Source: Antechinus flavipes
Taxonomy: Eukaryota
Direction of reading: 5' to 3'
NCBI RefSeq assembly: GCF_016432865.1
Contig: NC_067398.1
Span: forward strand, 266,662,001-266,726,000
DNA length: 64,000 bases
Shown: positions 37,521-50,129 of the stretch, piece by piece
How the letters are laid out: the number at the start of each line of letters is the position of its first letter
How positions within the stretch are numbered: position 1 is the first letter of the stretch
The notes under the pieces: model-generated
What the model was told of the DNA's origin: nothing
Seen by the model: the letters and a program-made list of their open reading frames with translations, nothing else
Databases searched by the model: none
Program-made: the position numbers and the translations under genes

Positions 37521-38732
37521 CAAAAGGATTTTCTAGCAATACTTTCATTGTATCCTGTATTCACTATATAGACTGCTATCAATCCTCCCCTTGCCCTTTT
37601 TAATCATTCACCACATAGGCTAAACCATGTAGCAAAGACAAGAAAACAAGCATTGATTAAGGCATTCCAACTCACTGAGTACCTAGAAGCAATTCAATGA
37701 AATTCTAGGCAGTAAGGGATGAGGAAGATAAAATAAGATGTAAGGACATGTTCTTTGTATATTGTGAGTGGCCAATTTGGAGACTTACTGGTTAACACAA
37801 AGGGGTTTGCCCCTTTTCTTCACTTACTAACTACCACAAGAGAACAACTAGAGGGAGAAGCAATTTAAAAGAATAGACTTTGATCTTACTCTAAATAAAG
37901 CTATGGGGTCAGTGTTAGCAAAGGAAGAAGAATCCTGAGAACTGGGTCTTAACTTTTTTATTTGTGTCTCCAGGAAAGTTAAGGAAATCGTGGGGAATTG
38001 CATACCTCTTCCCTCCCTGGAAGTTGCCTCTTACAACAAAAGCTCATAAGGATAGGAGATTTGTGATTTTGAAAGGTCCAAGGTTATTCAACTATGGCAT
38101 CAAATTGATTAGATAAGAGAAGTTTTAGAGTTCAGTGCATGGATCTGGGATCTTGTTTGGGTTATGACAGGCTTTAGGACTTAGTCACTCACTGCTGGTC
38201 CTAGGTTGTGTGTGGTCTCTAGTTCTTTCCAAAAATACACAATAATGTCCTAGAATAGGATGTCAGCTGAACCCAAATGTAGAGGTAGTGAAAACTAAAG
38301 CTACACAGTGAAGTGGCACTCCATAGTGCCCAGAGGAGTACTGTCTGACAGTGACAAGTGGAATAGCATCTGGTGAAGACAGTATGAGAACATCAGTAGC
38401 TTAACTTCCCTGAAGCATGAGAGATATGAGCTGCCCCTTTTTTAATGTGTATTGCTCGCATGTTTTCCTCTTTACGATGTGTTTCTGCTCTTCCTAATGA
38501 TATTATGTGTTTGAGAATGTGCCCTGGGTTTATCTCAATATGCCACCTCATTAAATGCAGTTGCTTTTGAGCTAAAGGTAGAAACATCTGTGTGGCAACA
38601 GGTATTATAATTTGAGAAATGTGAACTGACAAGAATATCTTCAACCTAGATTATAGTCATCCCTTAGGAGACCTAAACTTTGACTGGCCCTTGTATGGGG
38701 GTGAAGATCATATTTCAAGAGGGGTACTACAT

Positions 38733-38930
38733 TAGAGGTATCAAATTCATGGCTAGACTAAAGTGGCTGGTAAAACTCTCTGAGTGACGCCTGTTCCAGA
38801 TTAAAATGTAATTGGGAAATGTTTACAAAATAAATAAAAGTACAAGGGAATGTAGATAATGTTAATATGTAGTTTTCTAAATTAGTATGTGAACTTCAGG
38901 GATCTATTCTCTTTTACTTTGACAGCACTG
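38733..38930. mobile_element. hAT MITE (198 bp), same family as 27093
   Basis: Ends tagaggtatcaaattc ... tttgacagcactg, internal ccagattaaaatgtaattgggaaatgttt, and a 6/8 TSD tactacat/cactccat. Confidence 0.7.
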
Positions 38931-40280
38931 CACTCCATAAAGATTCTAACTCAAGGATCAATTTGCAAAGGGAGCCTATTTGAAATTTAATAAGACTTTG
39001 AAAGGTCAAACAATATAATGAAAAGAACACTGGTCTTGAGGTCTGCTCAGCCAGTCATGGTGTATTATTGAGAAAGTCAATAATCATAAGAGCAGAGATT
39101 TGAAATTGACTAGGACCTTAGTTTGTCTCATATTACAGATGAGGAAACTGAGGCTAAAAGGAGTTAAATAACCCATCTGGGATTACATGCATGCTAAATG
39201 ACTGAAACAGAATATGAATTCATGTTTTCCTAATTTTTAGTCTAGTTCTCTGTTCACTATGCAACTTACTGCTTCATTTTCTTTATCTAAAAAATTCTAA
39301 TAATGATTTTTTTACTTTCTACTCCTCAAATAAAGGATCAAATAAAAGCATACTTGTGAAAATTCTTTGGATGTGGGCTATTATATTATTAATATTAAAT
39401 GTGTGTGTGTATATGTAGAAACAGGCACATCCTGTAGATGTGTAGAAACACAACCCAGAAGGTCCTCTAGTGATGCTGCCAAAATATATTGTAAGAGACA
39501 TCTTAAAGTAAAACCATCAGGGGAAATCAGAATTGGTCTTTGTCTCTCTATGTGCCTCAGTCTTCTATCTGTGTCTCTTGCTTTCTATTTCTCTGCCTCT
39601 GTCTCCTAAAAGCCTTATACTACAGTGAACATATGTTAAGACTAACCTGTCAGGCAATGACAGCTAAATTACTAACCTTTGCTTCCCATGTGCCCCTTAT
39701 CCTTGTCAAATAAGCAGCCACATTAACAGGAAGCAAGCAATCAGGAGAAGTTTATGCTGTATCAGAGAAGGTGACCCTTTCACGGACAAGATGAAATAAC
39801 TAAGTGACTATACTTAGGCCACAGGGAATTGGGGTTTCCAGTTCTACTTCTATTTCAAGATGCACTACAGAATCATATGTCTACTAAGTAAGCTCAAGAT
39901 ACAGTCACATTTGCAAGAAATGGTACTTTTACAGTAATATTATAGTGTTACTGAAAATGCAAAGGTCCACTTGAAGCTTGTTCAGCACTAGGTCTTGGAC
40001 AGCAGCAAGCAAACAGCATTCCAGGACCAGGGAAGCAGGACATACAAATAAAAGAGATGAACTGGAACTAAGGAAGCAACAGAAATCCAGAGACCATAAA
40101 TCTCAGAGGGTCAGTTCAGCTCAGTTATCCAAAATCTATCTAAATGGTAAGAAGAAAGACCAATAAGAATTCAGGTTAGTCAGGCAATTCATAGAAACTT
40201 TGGAAGTACCTTTAACAACAACAGGTATCACAGGCATCTTGCTTCCTCTACCTCAATTGCCTTGTATATTCTTTTATTTC

Positions 40281-40368
40281 AGAGACTTTGAGAAATAATA
40301 GAAGATAGAAGGCTTTGGTGTGCTATGGTTCATGCAATCACAAAGAGTTGGACATGACTGAACAACAA
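40281..40368 (+). mobile_element. RTE (Bov-B-like) LINE 3' terminus
   Basis: ggtgtgctatggttcatgcaatcacaaagagttggacatgactgaacaacaa is the characteristic Bov-B/RTE 3' end with a (caa)n tail. Confidence 0.7.
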
Positions 40369-42060
40369 TCCTAAGAGACATGGCCCCCATCCCTCCCCAA
40401 AAATAACTCACCATGTTGATGACAGGAACTTTAAACACCTAACTAGCTGGGCAATAAATGTAGAGATGGGAAATGAGCAGACCTAGACTACTAGACATAA
40501 AGGTGACATTAGAAAAAAAATCTCCAAAGTTAGAAAGTGGTATGAAAAAGGCCAACCTTACACATGGAGAGAATAATCATTTGTCTAGTGGGTGCAAAGC
40601 CAATAGGTTCAGTTCACTTGAATTTTGTATGTTTTCTTTAAAAAGCATTTTCCCTTGTTAATGGATATACTAAAGGGGTATTCTACCAATATACTGCCCT
40701 AGTGCAATTTAATTACTATTATGCCCCCTTTATATTACAAACAATGTGCAAAGTTTTTACCTTTTAGTTCTTGACAGTCCAAAAACTTGCTATATGTATG
40801 GTGCCTGAAGGGTTTCAGGAATAATTTTACCCATCAGGGGGGAAAAAGAAACCCAATTTTCTTTTAGTATATTACTTGTCAGACAGCGAAATGGGATATA
40901 ATTATGGTGTGACATTTCCAACAGCAAATATGTTCCAGTGTAAGCAATTAACACCAGTTCTTTTGGCAGGCTTTAAAAGATTACTCATAGAGTATGGTAA
41001 GTTACAATACCATATGAATAATAAATAACATTGTGGAATCACAGAAAAATTATGTGCCCTCTCTTAAAGTTCAAATATCATGATGAAAACTTACTGGACA
41101 ATATTTAACCCATTCTTTGTCTTTGCAAGGGAAGCCAGCTTATGTGACAGATTATTTGGATTGAAATGAATTATTTATTTACATTCACATTTTTTCATTT
41201 GAAAACAATCTGTTCATGAACATTTCAGCTGCAAATGGATAAAGGAGAAAAAATAGAACTTAGCCTTTATTTAGACTCTGTTGGATAGTGAAGAAAGGGA
41301 AGCAAAGCTCATTGAGGTCTAGCATGTTTCATACAATCAGAAAGAAAGTTCTATCAGCAACACCTAGATCCTCTTAACCAATGAGAAAGACAGCATTCCA
41401 AATTCAAATGGAAGCAAATTAATGAAGAACATTATTTTAGGAGACTGCTCTGAAAGTAATAATCAATTGTAGAACTACAAGGAAAGGCAGAAAGAGCTGC
41501 CTCTTGCTGACAGTTTATTCTCTTCTAAAGCTATTCCTGATCAACAGGATTAGTGAAAGATGAAAGAAGAAAGTCATTACTGGATAATCCCCAGCATATT
41601 CCATAGTCAACATACTATTCATAGGATTCTTGTAATCCAATTAAACAGCTCAATAAAATATATTTTAATATTGTACTTCACTGTCACTTCCTTTAGTGAG
41701 CTGACCTTTGATGAATTAGAGAATTTTGAAATATAGGGTGCCATTGTTGATACATAATAAATATATAGTATCAATAGGGAAAAGGGAGAAAAAAGGGAAA
41801 TAACTTTTTGAGACCTATTTCAATTTATTATCCTTTACACATTCTTCATTCTAGCCATACTGAGCTGTTGTTTCCTTTGAATTTGGCAAACCAGCTCCTT
41901 CCTCTGTACTTTTGATAGGCTAGAATGAATTTAGAATTTCTAACTTCCTCCAAAGCTCAACTTGTCGACTACTTCCTAATAGAATTCTTTCTTACTCCTT
42001 TTGATTGTTAGGGAATGCTAATGCTTTGGATTAATTTGTCTGTGTATGATTTTTATATAC

Positions 42061-42251
42061 CAGAGTTTCTTAAACTTTTTCCATTCATGACCCCTTTTCA
42101 CCTGAGAAATTTTTATCGTACTCTGGGTAGATAAGTATATAAAATAGGCATATAAATTAAACACTAACTGATAATAAATCATAATTTTGTGAGCCCCATA
42201 TTCAGTTATGATACTCAAAGAGAGTCATGACCCACAGTTTAAGAAGTTCGG
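42061..42251. mobile_element. hAT MITE (191 bp) with a SPIN-like subterminal motif
   Basis: TIRs cagagtttcttaaact / agtttaagaagttcgg, subterminal gtcatgacccacagttt, and a 6/8 TSD ttatatac/gaatatac. Confidence 0.7.
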
Positions 42252-43734
42252 GAATATACCAGTAGGATGTAAGCTACTTGAGAACAGGGACTCCTTCATT
42301 TTTTTTTTTTTTGTCTTTGTATACAACTCTGGTGCTAAACAGTGTCTGATAATATAGTAGACACCTAATGAATGTTTTCCAAATTGAGTTCTTAAAGATT
42401 TTAGGTCTCAGATAGTCAAGGAATAAATGAGGAGGTCTCTGTATCTTGCTACAGTTGGTATTTGGGACTGAACTAAATTATTACTATTGCTACTATTACT
42501 ATCTAGGATTTATACAGCATCTAATATGTGCTTGGTATTTACAAATATTTTCTTATTTGATCCTTACAACAATCCTAGGAAGTTAATGCTATTATGATCT
42601 CTATTTAATAGTTGAGGAAAATGAGGTAGAGATGAAGTGATTTGCCCATGGTCACATAGCTAGAAAGTGAATAAGGAAGTAATAATAATGTTTTTATATA
42701 TATATTTTAGAGATTAGAAAACAGGAGTTTAAAAAAGGATAGACTTCTATCATTTTACTAAATATCACAATTTATCATATTTTACTAAGTAAATATATGA
42801 GTAGGGATTGAACCTGGAATTTCATTGGCATATATACCTCTCAGGTGAGAGGATACTATTTTCTAATATATGCTGGCATCTTCTCTGAACCTCACAATTT
42901 TAGAACATTGTCTAGAGCTATGAAAGATCAGATGTCTTGCTTAGGGTCACAGAGATTACTATCCTTGGTAAGATATGAAACCAAGTTTTCTTGGTTTTAA
43001 AGCCAATTCTTTATCCACAATTCTGGTTCTCAATTAGAGATCTAAAGGCATTAAAATTCCTATCAAATACGACTACCTAATAGACTAAGATTCTTAAATA
43101 TAATATGAAAAAAGATGATCAATTTATTATATAACAAGTGGATATTCCCAGGCAGTTTTATGTTGGGATAATATCTTAAAAAGATCTAGATAAATTTCTT
43201 TTTACTGTTTTCTGCAGGATGGATATATGTGTAGTATAAAGGAAAGTAGACTTATCTAGATAGTAATTTCCCACTTAACCATCTTGCTAAAACTAGCAGG
43301 AATGCAATATTTTTTAAACTGGAGCCATCCTTGTGAGGAACTATTAAGCATGTAAGACTAGGAAGGCAACATAAGAAATCACCTTTCTCATTCTGCCCTG
43401 GAATCAGAAGACATGGGTTAAAACTCTTGACTGTGCCACCATCAGTTTTGTGACTTTAGATGAGTCCTATAAATTCCCCAGTACTTTGTTTGCCTATCTT
43501 TTAAATGGGATTAAGAATATTTTCCTTTCCTCTCATGGTTATTGGAAAGATGAAGAAATAGCCAATTAAAGGCATTATCATTATTTCTAGGAAATGACTT
43601 CACAATGATCAAGAAAGTACAATAAAAACCAAGCAGTATATTGATATGTTCCTGGTTAAAATGGGCCATTGGAACTTTAAAACCATCAGTCAATCAGTAA
43701 ACTTTTATTAAGCACCTACTTTATACTAGGCAGT

Positions 43735-43970
43735 GGCACCTAGATGGCACAGTGAATAGAGTGCTGGACCTGGAGTCAGAAAGACCTAAATTCAAATCTG
43801 GACTCAGAAACTTACTAGTTGTGTGATCCTGGGCAAGTTGTTAACCCTGTTTATCTCAGATTGCTCATTGGTTAAATGAGCTATAAGAGATGGCAAGCCA
43901 ATCCGATATCTTTGCCCAGAAAATCCTAAAAGATCCATGAAGAGTTGGACACAATTGAAATGACTAAACA
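43735..43970 (+). mobile_element. MAR1-type SINE, near full length
   Basis: ggcacctagatggcacagtgaatagagtgctggacctggagtcagaaagacc head, CORE, and gaagagttggacacaattgaaatgactaaacaac tail. Confidence 0.85.
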
Positions 43971-46589
43971 ACATATACTAGGTGCTTCCCCAAGTGCTGA
44001 GCCACACCGAGTTTAAAATCTAATAAGAGAATACATATCAAGAAACTAAAAAGCTGTGGAAGAATGAAGATAACCAGCATGGCAGCATGGTGGATAAGTC
44101 CAAAGAAGTGCAGTTGGTTGGGAAATGAAGTGGTGGTTGGCCTGCTTATGCTCCTTAAATGAAGGTTTGTAAGGAGCTCTGCTCTCAAATCAGAAGAGAC
44201 CCAGAAGCAGAATATTGATAATATGTGATTTCTAGGGCTAATGTGATCTTATAAGATCAAGAGATTCCTGAAGAAGGGTGAAGGCCATAGGAGGGCAGCC
44301 TATTAGGAAATGAAAAAATGGCTGGTCTAGATACCCTTCTTAAAAGGAGACTTTGAATTTGCCAAAATTCTGAAAAGGGTACTAGTCTCACTCTCAGTTT
44401 TCCCATTTCCTCAATAAAAGCTTAGCTTCTGAGCTAATGTTTCTAGACTTGTTTGCATATTAGAAGTTGTAAGTTAAAAAAAAAAAAGCAAGAGAACCAG
44501 ATGAGACTCATCATTTGGGTATCTTTGCCTATTTATCTAGGTTTTATGCAATGCACTTTGCTATATTCTGCCAAAGGTCTAAAGGTACAGGGTATACCAA
44601 ATTCACCTTGTTGAGTAGTGACATATCAAAAGATCAACAATTATCACATCTTGGACAACAGTTTTGGATTATCTTTCTATTCCCCCTTATACACTTGTGA
44701 CAAAGATTATGAGACCTTTGCAGTTAAAGGTGATATAACCCTGATAATTAATATCTGGTTTTCCGGGCTGTATTTCCTAACTTTTCTCTACTTTTGATCT
44801 CAGCCTACTCTCTGACTTATGATTTTGCCTGCATTATTTCATTATGTATTATGTATCTCTGTTTACTAGCAGAGTGGTCCTCCCTGGATCACCACCTTTC
44901 TGGTTCTCATTTTCTTCATTTCTGCAATGAAATGATTAGCATAAATGATATCTAAAGTTCCTTCACACTCTAAATCCTAATAGTAAGTTATATGATTATG
45001 CATGCAGTAAGATCCTACTTCAGTGCAATACTTTTCATCCCTTAAATGGGATTAAGAATATTCTCCTTTCTTCTCACAGTTATTGGAAAGATTGGTCACA
45101 GGTTACCAAAATGATTTTTTCTTATCTGGCTTGTACCTCTAGGAGAATTACAACTGAATCTTCTTAAAAAAACAAGACTAGGTACCAGATGCAGAGAACA
45201 GCAAGTAAATAATCACCTTAAAAAATCATGAGTGAGCATAAATTAGTCTAAGTATATCAGTTAATATCTCTGAGCACATAAAATATTGGCCAAGGTATTC
45301 TCAGCTATCTATTTTGGTTTCATGTTCTGTTTAACAAAACTGTGGTTGAGCTATACAAGATAAGAAGAGTACAAAGAGTATATTATAGAGAAGATGACAC
45401 TACTCATCTTAAATCAGATAAATAACTACTATTTAAGTATTATTCTATTGTATATTCTCAACTTTTTACTAGAATAGGTGAGCAGATATGAGAGAAACAT
45501 CATATCTAGAAGGGAAGAAAAGATTAAAAAACATGAAATAATTAGAAAATATAACATCCAATGCTAACCAACCATAAATTCAGCAAATAATTTGTTAATG
45601 AGATGGCACAATTTAAAACTATAAATTTGCATTCAGCTTCTGTGGATCTTGGTGTGATTGGTATCTAGGAAACATAACAGATAAATCTCTCTGGCTCACT
45701 TCAGAGGATTTGAAGATGTGCGCTACTGTGTAACTTTCAAATTTTCCATCTATCTTTTCAAAGATCTTATGAGATAGCTAAATTGTACTGTTCCTTCACT
45801 ACCTGTAGGAAGACCATGGATGCTACTGGAAAATCCTTGCTTTCAGGCATATGCAGTTTAATTTACTAAATCAATTACAAAACACTAATTGTAGTCACAT
45901 ACAAATGGAAGATTTCTGGTGTTTTAATTTACAATATACATAAGCCAACCCCTTCATCTAATTTTGATTTTTACCCTGTTAATTTCAGATTAATTATAAT
46001 ACATGCATGCTATAGGTACATTTTAGACTGGCAAAAATCATCCAGCTGCCTCTGAATTATAGCAGCAAAAGCAGCAATATGGAAACATTAGCTAGTAGAA
46101 TCCAGGTGCACAATGGGAGGCATCTCAATAGAAATTTCACAAAGACAATTGCTTCGAGGAAGCTTCAAGGTAAAAAAAATATATACAATTTACACTTGGA
46201 ATTGAGGCTGTAGGAAAAAGGCTTCATTACAGGATAGTACTTGGCCACACTACCTGGTAAATGCTGAGTGACAGGCCCCAATGCTCATCAGCAAATAGAC
46301 TGTAGAGAATAAAAGAACCTACAGAAGAGTACCCTGAGGTGAGCCTGGGATGTAGCTTGTGGACTGCAAAAACAAGAAAGCCACAGGGTTGAGATATCTT
46401 AGTGGAAAAAGGTAGACAAGAGGCTCTCAGAATACTAACACCAGAGTACAGTTATCTTCTGTTCAACAAACCCAAGATATAAAAATCTAACAATAAAAAT
46501 AGTACTAATTTACCTTTAGATAGCATTTTTAAAGAAATTTATATGGACATTCATATTCTCTTGATCTTGCTAAAAAATGTCATTTTTAT

Positions 46590-46945
46590 ATGGGAGTATA
46601 CTGGGAAATGTTTAACAACCAGCTCTCCAGGAGGAAAAAAAAAGTTCTCATTATACACTTTTAAGTTGTATATGCATTATTGACATTTTCCTTCATCAAA
46701 TTTTAGGTCTAGAAATGTGGTGACCTATTTGAAGACTTGCTAGTGGGTTTAGTCAGTGGAAGAAATGTGTAAAATACCCTAGGATGTTTGAGAAGTTATG
46801 TGTATGGATTAGGGGTTTGATTGGTATTTACAATCGACAAAACAACAAATCAAGCACTGATTTATAATATTTGCTAATTCCCAAGATATAAATATTCACA
46901 CTGAAAATTCAGTCATTGACTCTGTCAGTAGTGCTAGTTCCCATA
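46590..46945. mobile_element. hAT-Tip100-like (MamRep-type) element interrupted by a NUMT
   Basis: gtatactgggaaatgtttaacaaccagctctcc...acacttttaagtt...ggtctaga | caatcgacaaaacaacaaatcaagcactgattt. Confidence 0.65.
46714..46830 (-). pseudogene. MT-ND5: NUMT: 117-bp fragment of mitochondrial ND5 (C-terminal region)
   Basis: The reverse complement reads, in the vertebrate mitochondrial code, MPIKPLIHTHNFSNILGYFTHFFH(W)LNPLASLQMGHHI. This matches the ND5 F(S)NMLGY/F...HR motif. The strand is C/A-rich and G-poor, as in mtDNA. Confidence 0.85.
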
Positions 46946-48409
46946 TCTTATATCTGCTCTTATATCTTCTTTGAGATAACATCAAGTCTTATAAAGATGA
47001 CATTAATCTGCAGAACCTCCTTGCTCTCTGAAAAAAAATAACCAGCTGCTGTAGGGTTGAAGGTCCTGAAGATTAGGTTCTCAATGTTTACTTTTCTCAG
47101 GTGGAGCAGGTGCAGTCCCAGCCTTAGCCTTGTTCTTCAATAGTGACCAATATTTATCAATAACAACATGGCTTCAAAATTTTCTAATATTTTTCATTGG
47201 TTGAAAGAATATTGAATAATACTATATACTTTTCAAAGCACTCATATCTTATTTGATCTTCACAACAATTTTGTGAAGTGCACGAATAGATCAACCACCA
47301 TTATATACATATCTTAGGGAATTTGAATGATTTGATCAAGGTTATATAGAGAATGAACAAGACTAGAACTAAACTTTTGCAAAGAATGACTTTTAACTTG
47401 TATCAAGACTATGGAGTTCTTTTACATTCCTATAATACTTTTTACAACTAATTGAATTTTTTAATTGTTGACACATATTTTAAGGAATAAAATGAGGTTC
47501 GTCAGTCTTGAGATATAGTTTTAATCTAGATTATCCTACTTAACTCATTAGATTGTGAGTTTCTTGAGGTCAGGAACTCTCTTTTACCTTTCTTTGTGTT
47601 CCCAGTACTTAGCACACTGTTGGCACATAGCAGATTATTAATACTTTTTGCCTGATTAGCCTAATCTGGGTCCTTGGGATAGGCATGGAGACTCTTGGAT
47701 TTATCTTCTTTCTATTAAATACATTTATGCTACTAACACAAGCAAATTCTTTAATCATCAAGACTACAACAAAAAATGGTCCATTATATCAATCAATAAA
47801 AATGGGGGATCAGATAGACAAAATAAATTTGGATTTTTTTTGACTAGGTTTTTCCAGTTTCAATTCATACTTGGCTATGTGCAAGACCTTATTAAAAGAC
47901 TGTCTAAGTACTGGTCTTTTTAGTTCAGTCATCTTTCTTAAGCCTATTAAACAAAAGGAACCAGTCTGTTACCTCTTCTAACAATATAGCTTAAATCCCA
48001 CAGCAGGTAAAATGAACCCAATAGCCTTTAGCAAAGCTTCACATTAAGGAAACTTGGCCCAGAGAGAAATTAAGATCTAAAGAATGTGTTAGTTATTATT
48101 CCTTGATAATAAAATAGACTCTTCTGCAATAATGAATATGACTATAATGGACTGATGGCAGTTTAATCAATGCTGGAATATACTACAATTGAGCAGAAAT
48201 AGGCAATACAGATTCAATGGAGCTACATTCTTATTAATTTGATACCATTTGTCTTCTGCTTACTTTGGTGATCTCTCATTATAATAAAGAGAGAGAAAAG
48301 CACCAAGAGAAAGGATATGAATCATATACTTACTGCATTTTTACAAATGACTTCATTTCATAGAGAAAAAAATAAAACTGATTTCACTTAATTCCTGATA
48401 TAAAATGCT

Positions 48410-48600
48410 CACCTTGGTGTAGAGTAAGATGGATCTGGAGTCAGAAGATATAGGTGTAACCCCTAAATCTTCCATTTGCTACATATGTAATACTGGGCAA
48501 GTCATTTATGCTCTCTAGACCTCAGTTTCCTCATCTGTAAAATGATGCAGTTGGGCCAGATGACTTTTAAAGGTCTCTTCCAATTCCAAATCTATAATCC
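48410..48600 (+). mobile_element. MIR
   Basis: ggatctggagtcagaaga...ctgggcaagtcatt...cctcagtttcctcatctgtaaaatga. Confidence 0.75.
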
Positions 48601-49539
48601 TTTGTTAACTACTGAATCATAAGCATTCATTTGAGCAAAAAAAAAATCCTCCTCCTAGAAGAGTTTGACAAGCCATATAAAATGTGTTGAGACATAACTA
48701 AAAATAATTCATTTGGAAGTATTCTGAGAAATGTCATAAATGTTTTCCCCGTAGTCTCTGTGGAATAAAAGCAACAAAGTGTCATGTGGTTGTTGCCAGT
48801 ACTGCTTTGACTCTTTAAAAAATGTTTTCTTGGTTCATGCCTCTGTTTACACAAAATAACTTCACCATCATTTTCCCTCTAGTGCCAACCCACTGAATAA
48901 TGCCTCCATATTACCACAACCTCTGCCAATGACCTGCTCCCAAATGATATCAAGTATAATTATAACACAATGGATTGTTTTGCATGTTTCTCTCAGTTGG
49001 TCAATCGATAAGCATTTATTAAGTACTTACTATGTGCCAGCTACCAAGCTTAAGTGGGGGAACAAAAAGAAAGGCAATTTATATGGTGAGGTGATAGTAA
49101 AATTAAAATGTCTCAATAATTGAAGTGATTAAAAGAGGAGAGGGTACAGGAAGTGAGGCTAAAAACCAATATTTTCGCATTATTGTTGGTTAATTTTTAC
49201 CAGAGAAGCACTGTGACATAACTCTCTTCAGAGGCTTATGCTCACTGGAAACTGCCAAAAGTAGTTAAAAAGCCAGCCTTAAAATCATGAAAACAAGTCA
49301 CCAAACTCTGTTTGCCTTGCTTTCCTCATTTTGGAAATGACTTAGAGAAGAAAATGGCAAACTTCTCCAGTATCTTTACCAAGGAAGCCCAAAATAGAAG
49401 TAAAAAAAATCAGACAGTTAAAAAAATGACAACAACATTATTTTCAACAAATATAAGGCAGTCTCCCATACCTCTTCTAAAACTAAATAAAATTCTTTAC
49501 TGGATTTAACAACAGGGAGATGTATATTTGTCAAAGGTT

Positions 49540-50110
49540 TTCGCCATCATCAGGAAGGTGATGCTATAACTTGCAAATGAATTAGATTTCAGTGAGGGAG
49601 GACTTTGTAAAGACACCAGTTTATTTTCTTCCCCAAACCATCTGGGTCCAGTGGCAAGTTATAGCTCAAGACTATTGGAGATGGCCCCATATCCAGTGGG
49701 GGATCTTGACCTTTTTAAGCAAAGGTCTTTAACAGATCTCAGTTTGACTAAGGCAATGCCCAATGAGTAATTAAGACTAGATAAAAAATGAGGCAAAGAA
49801 TGATCTTTTTTACATAATCAAAAAAAAAATAATCTGGGAGAGGAAGACCTTCAGGATTTCTGGTCAAAAATAGAAATGGTTGCTGTTTACACACTATAAA
49901 CCATCAGGCTCCAAACAATAACCAAGTTGAAGCTTAGACTGGGATCATATGTTGCCTAATCAACTAGAGCTAGAATGATCTGGGTTTAAGGCATGGTCCT
50001 TAAAAATTTAGCCAGTAAATCCTAAGATGTTTTGTGAGGTTTCAGCAATCAAAACTTATATTCCCTTGGACCCAGAATTAGTTGAGACTTAAAAGAAGCT
50101 ATCAGGTCAG
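49540..50110 (+). mobile_element. Marsupial interspersed repeat (family uncertain, WALLSI/RTE-SINE-like)
   Basis: ggtgatgc.at.ac.tgcaa.tgaatt.gattt.agtgagggagg...ccatctgggtccagtggcaag...ggagatggccc is recognised as a common marsupial repeat. The name is not certain. Confidence 0.5.
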
Positions 50111-50129
50111 TAGTCACAATGGAAGAAGG

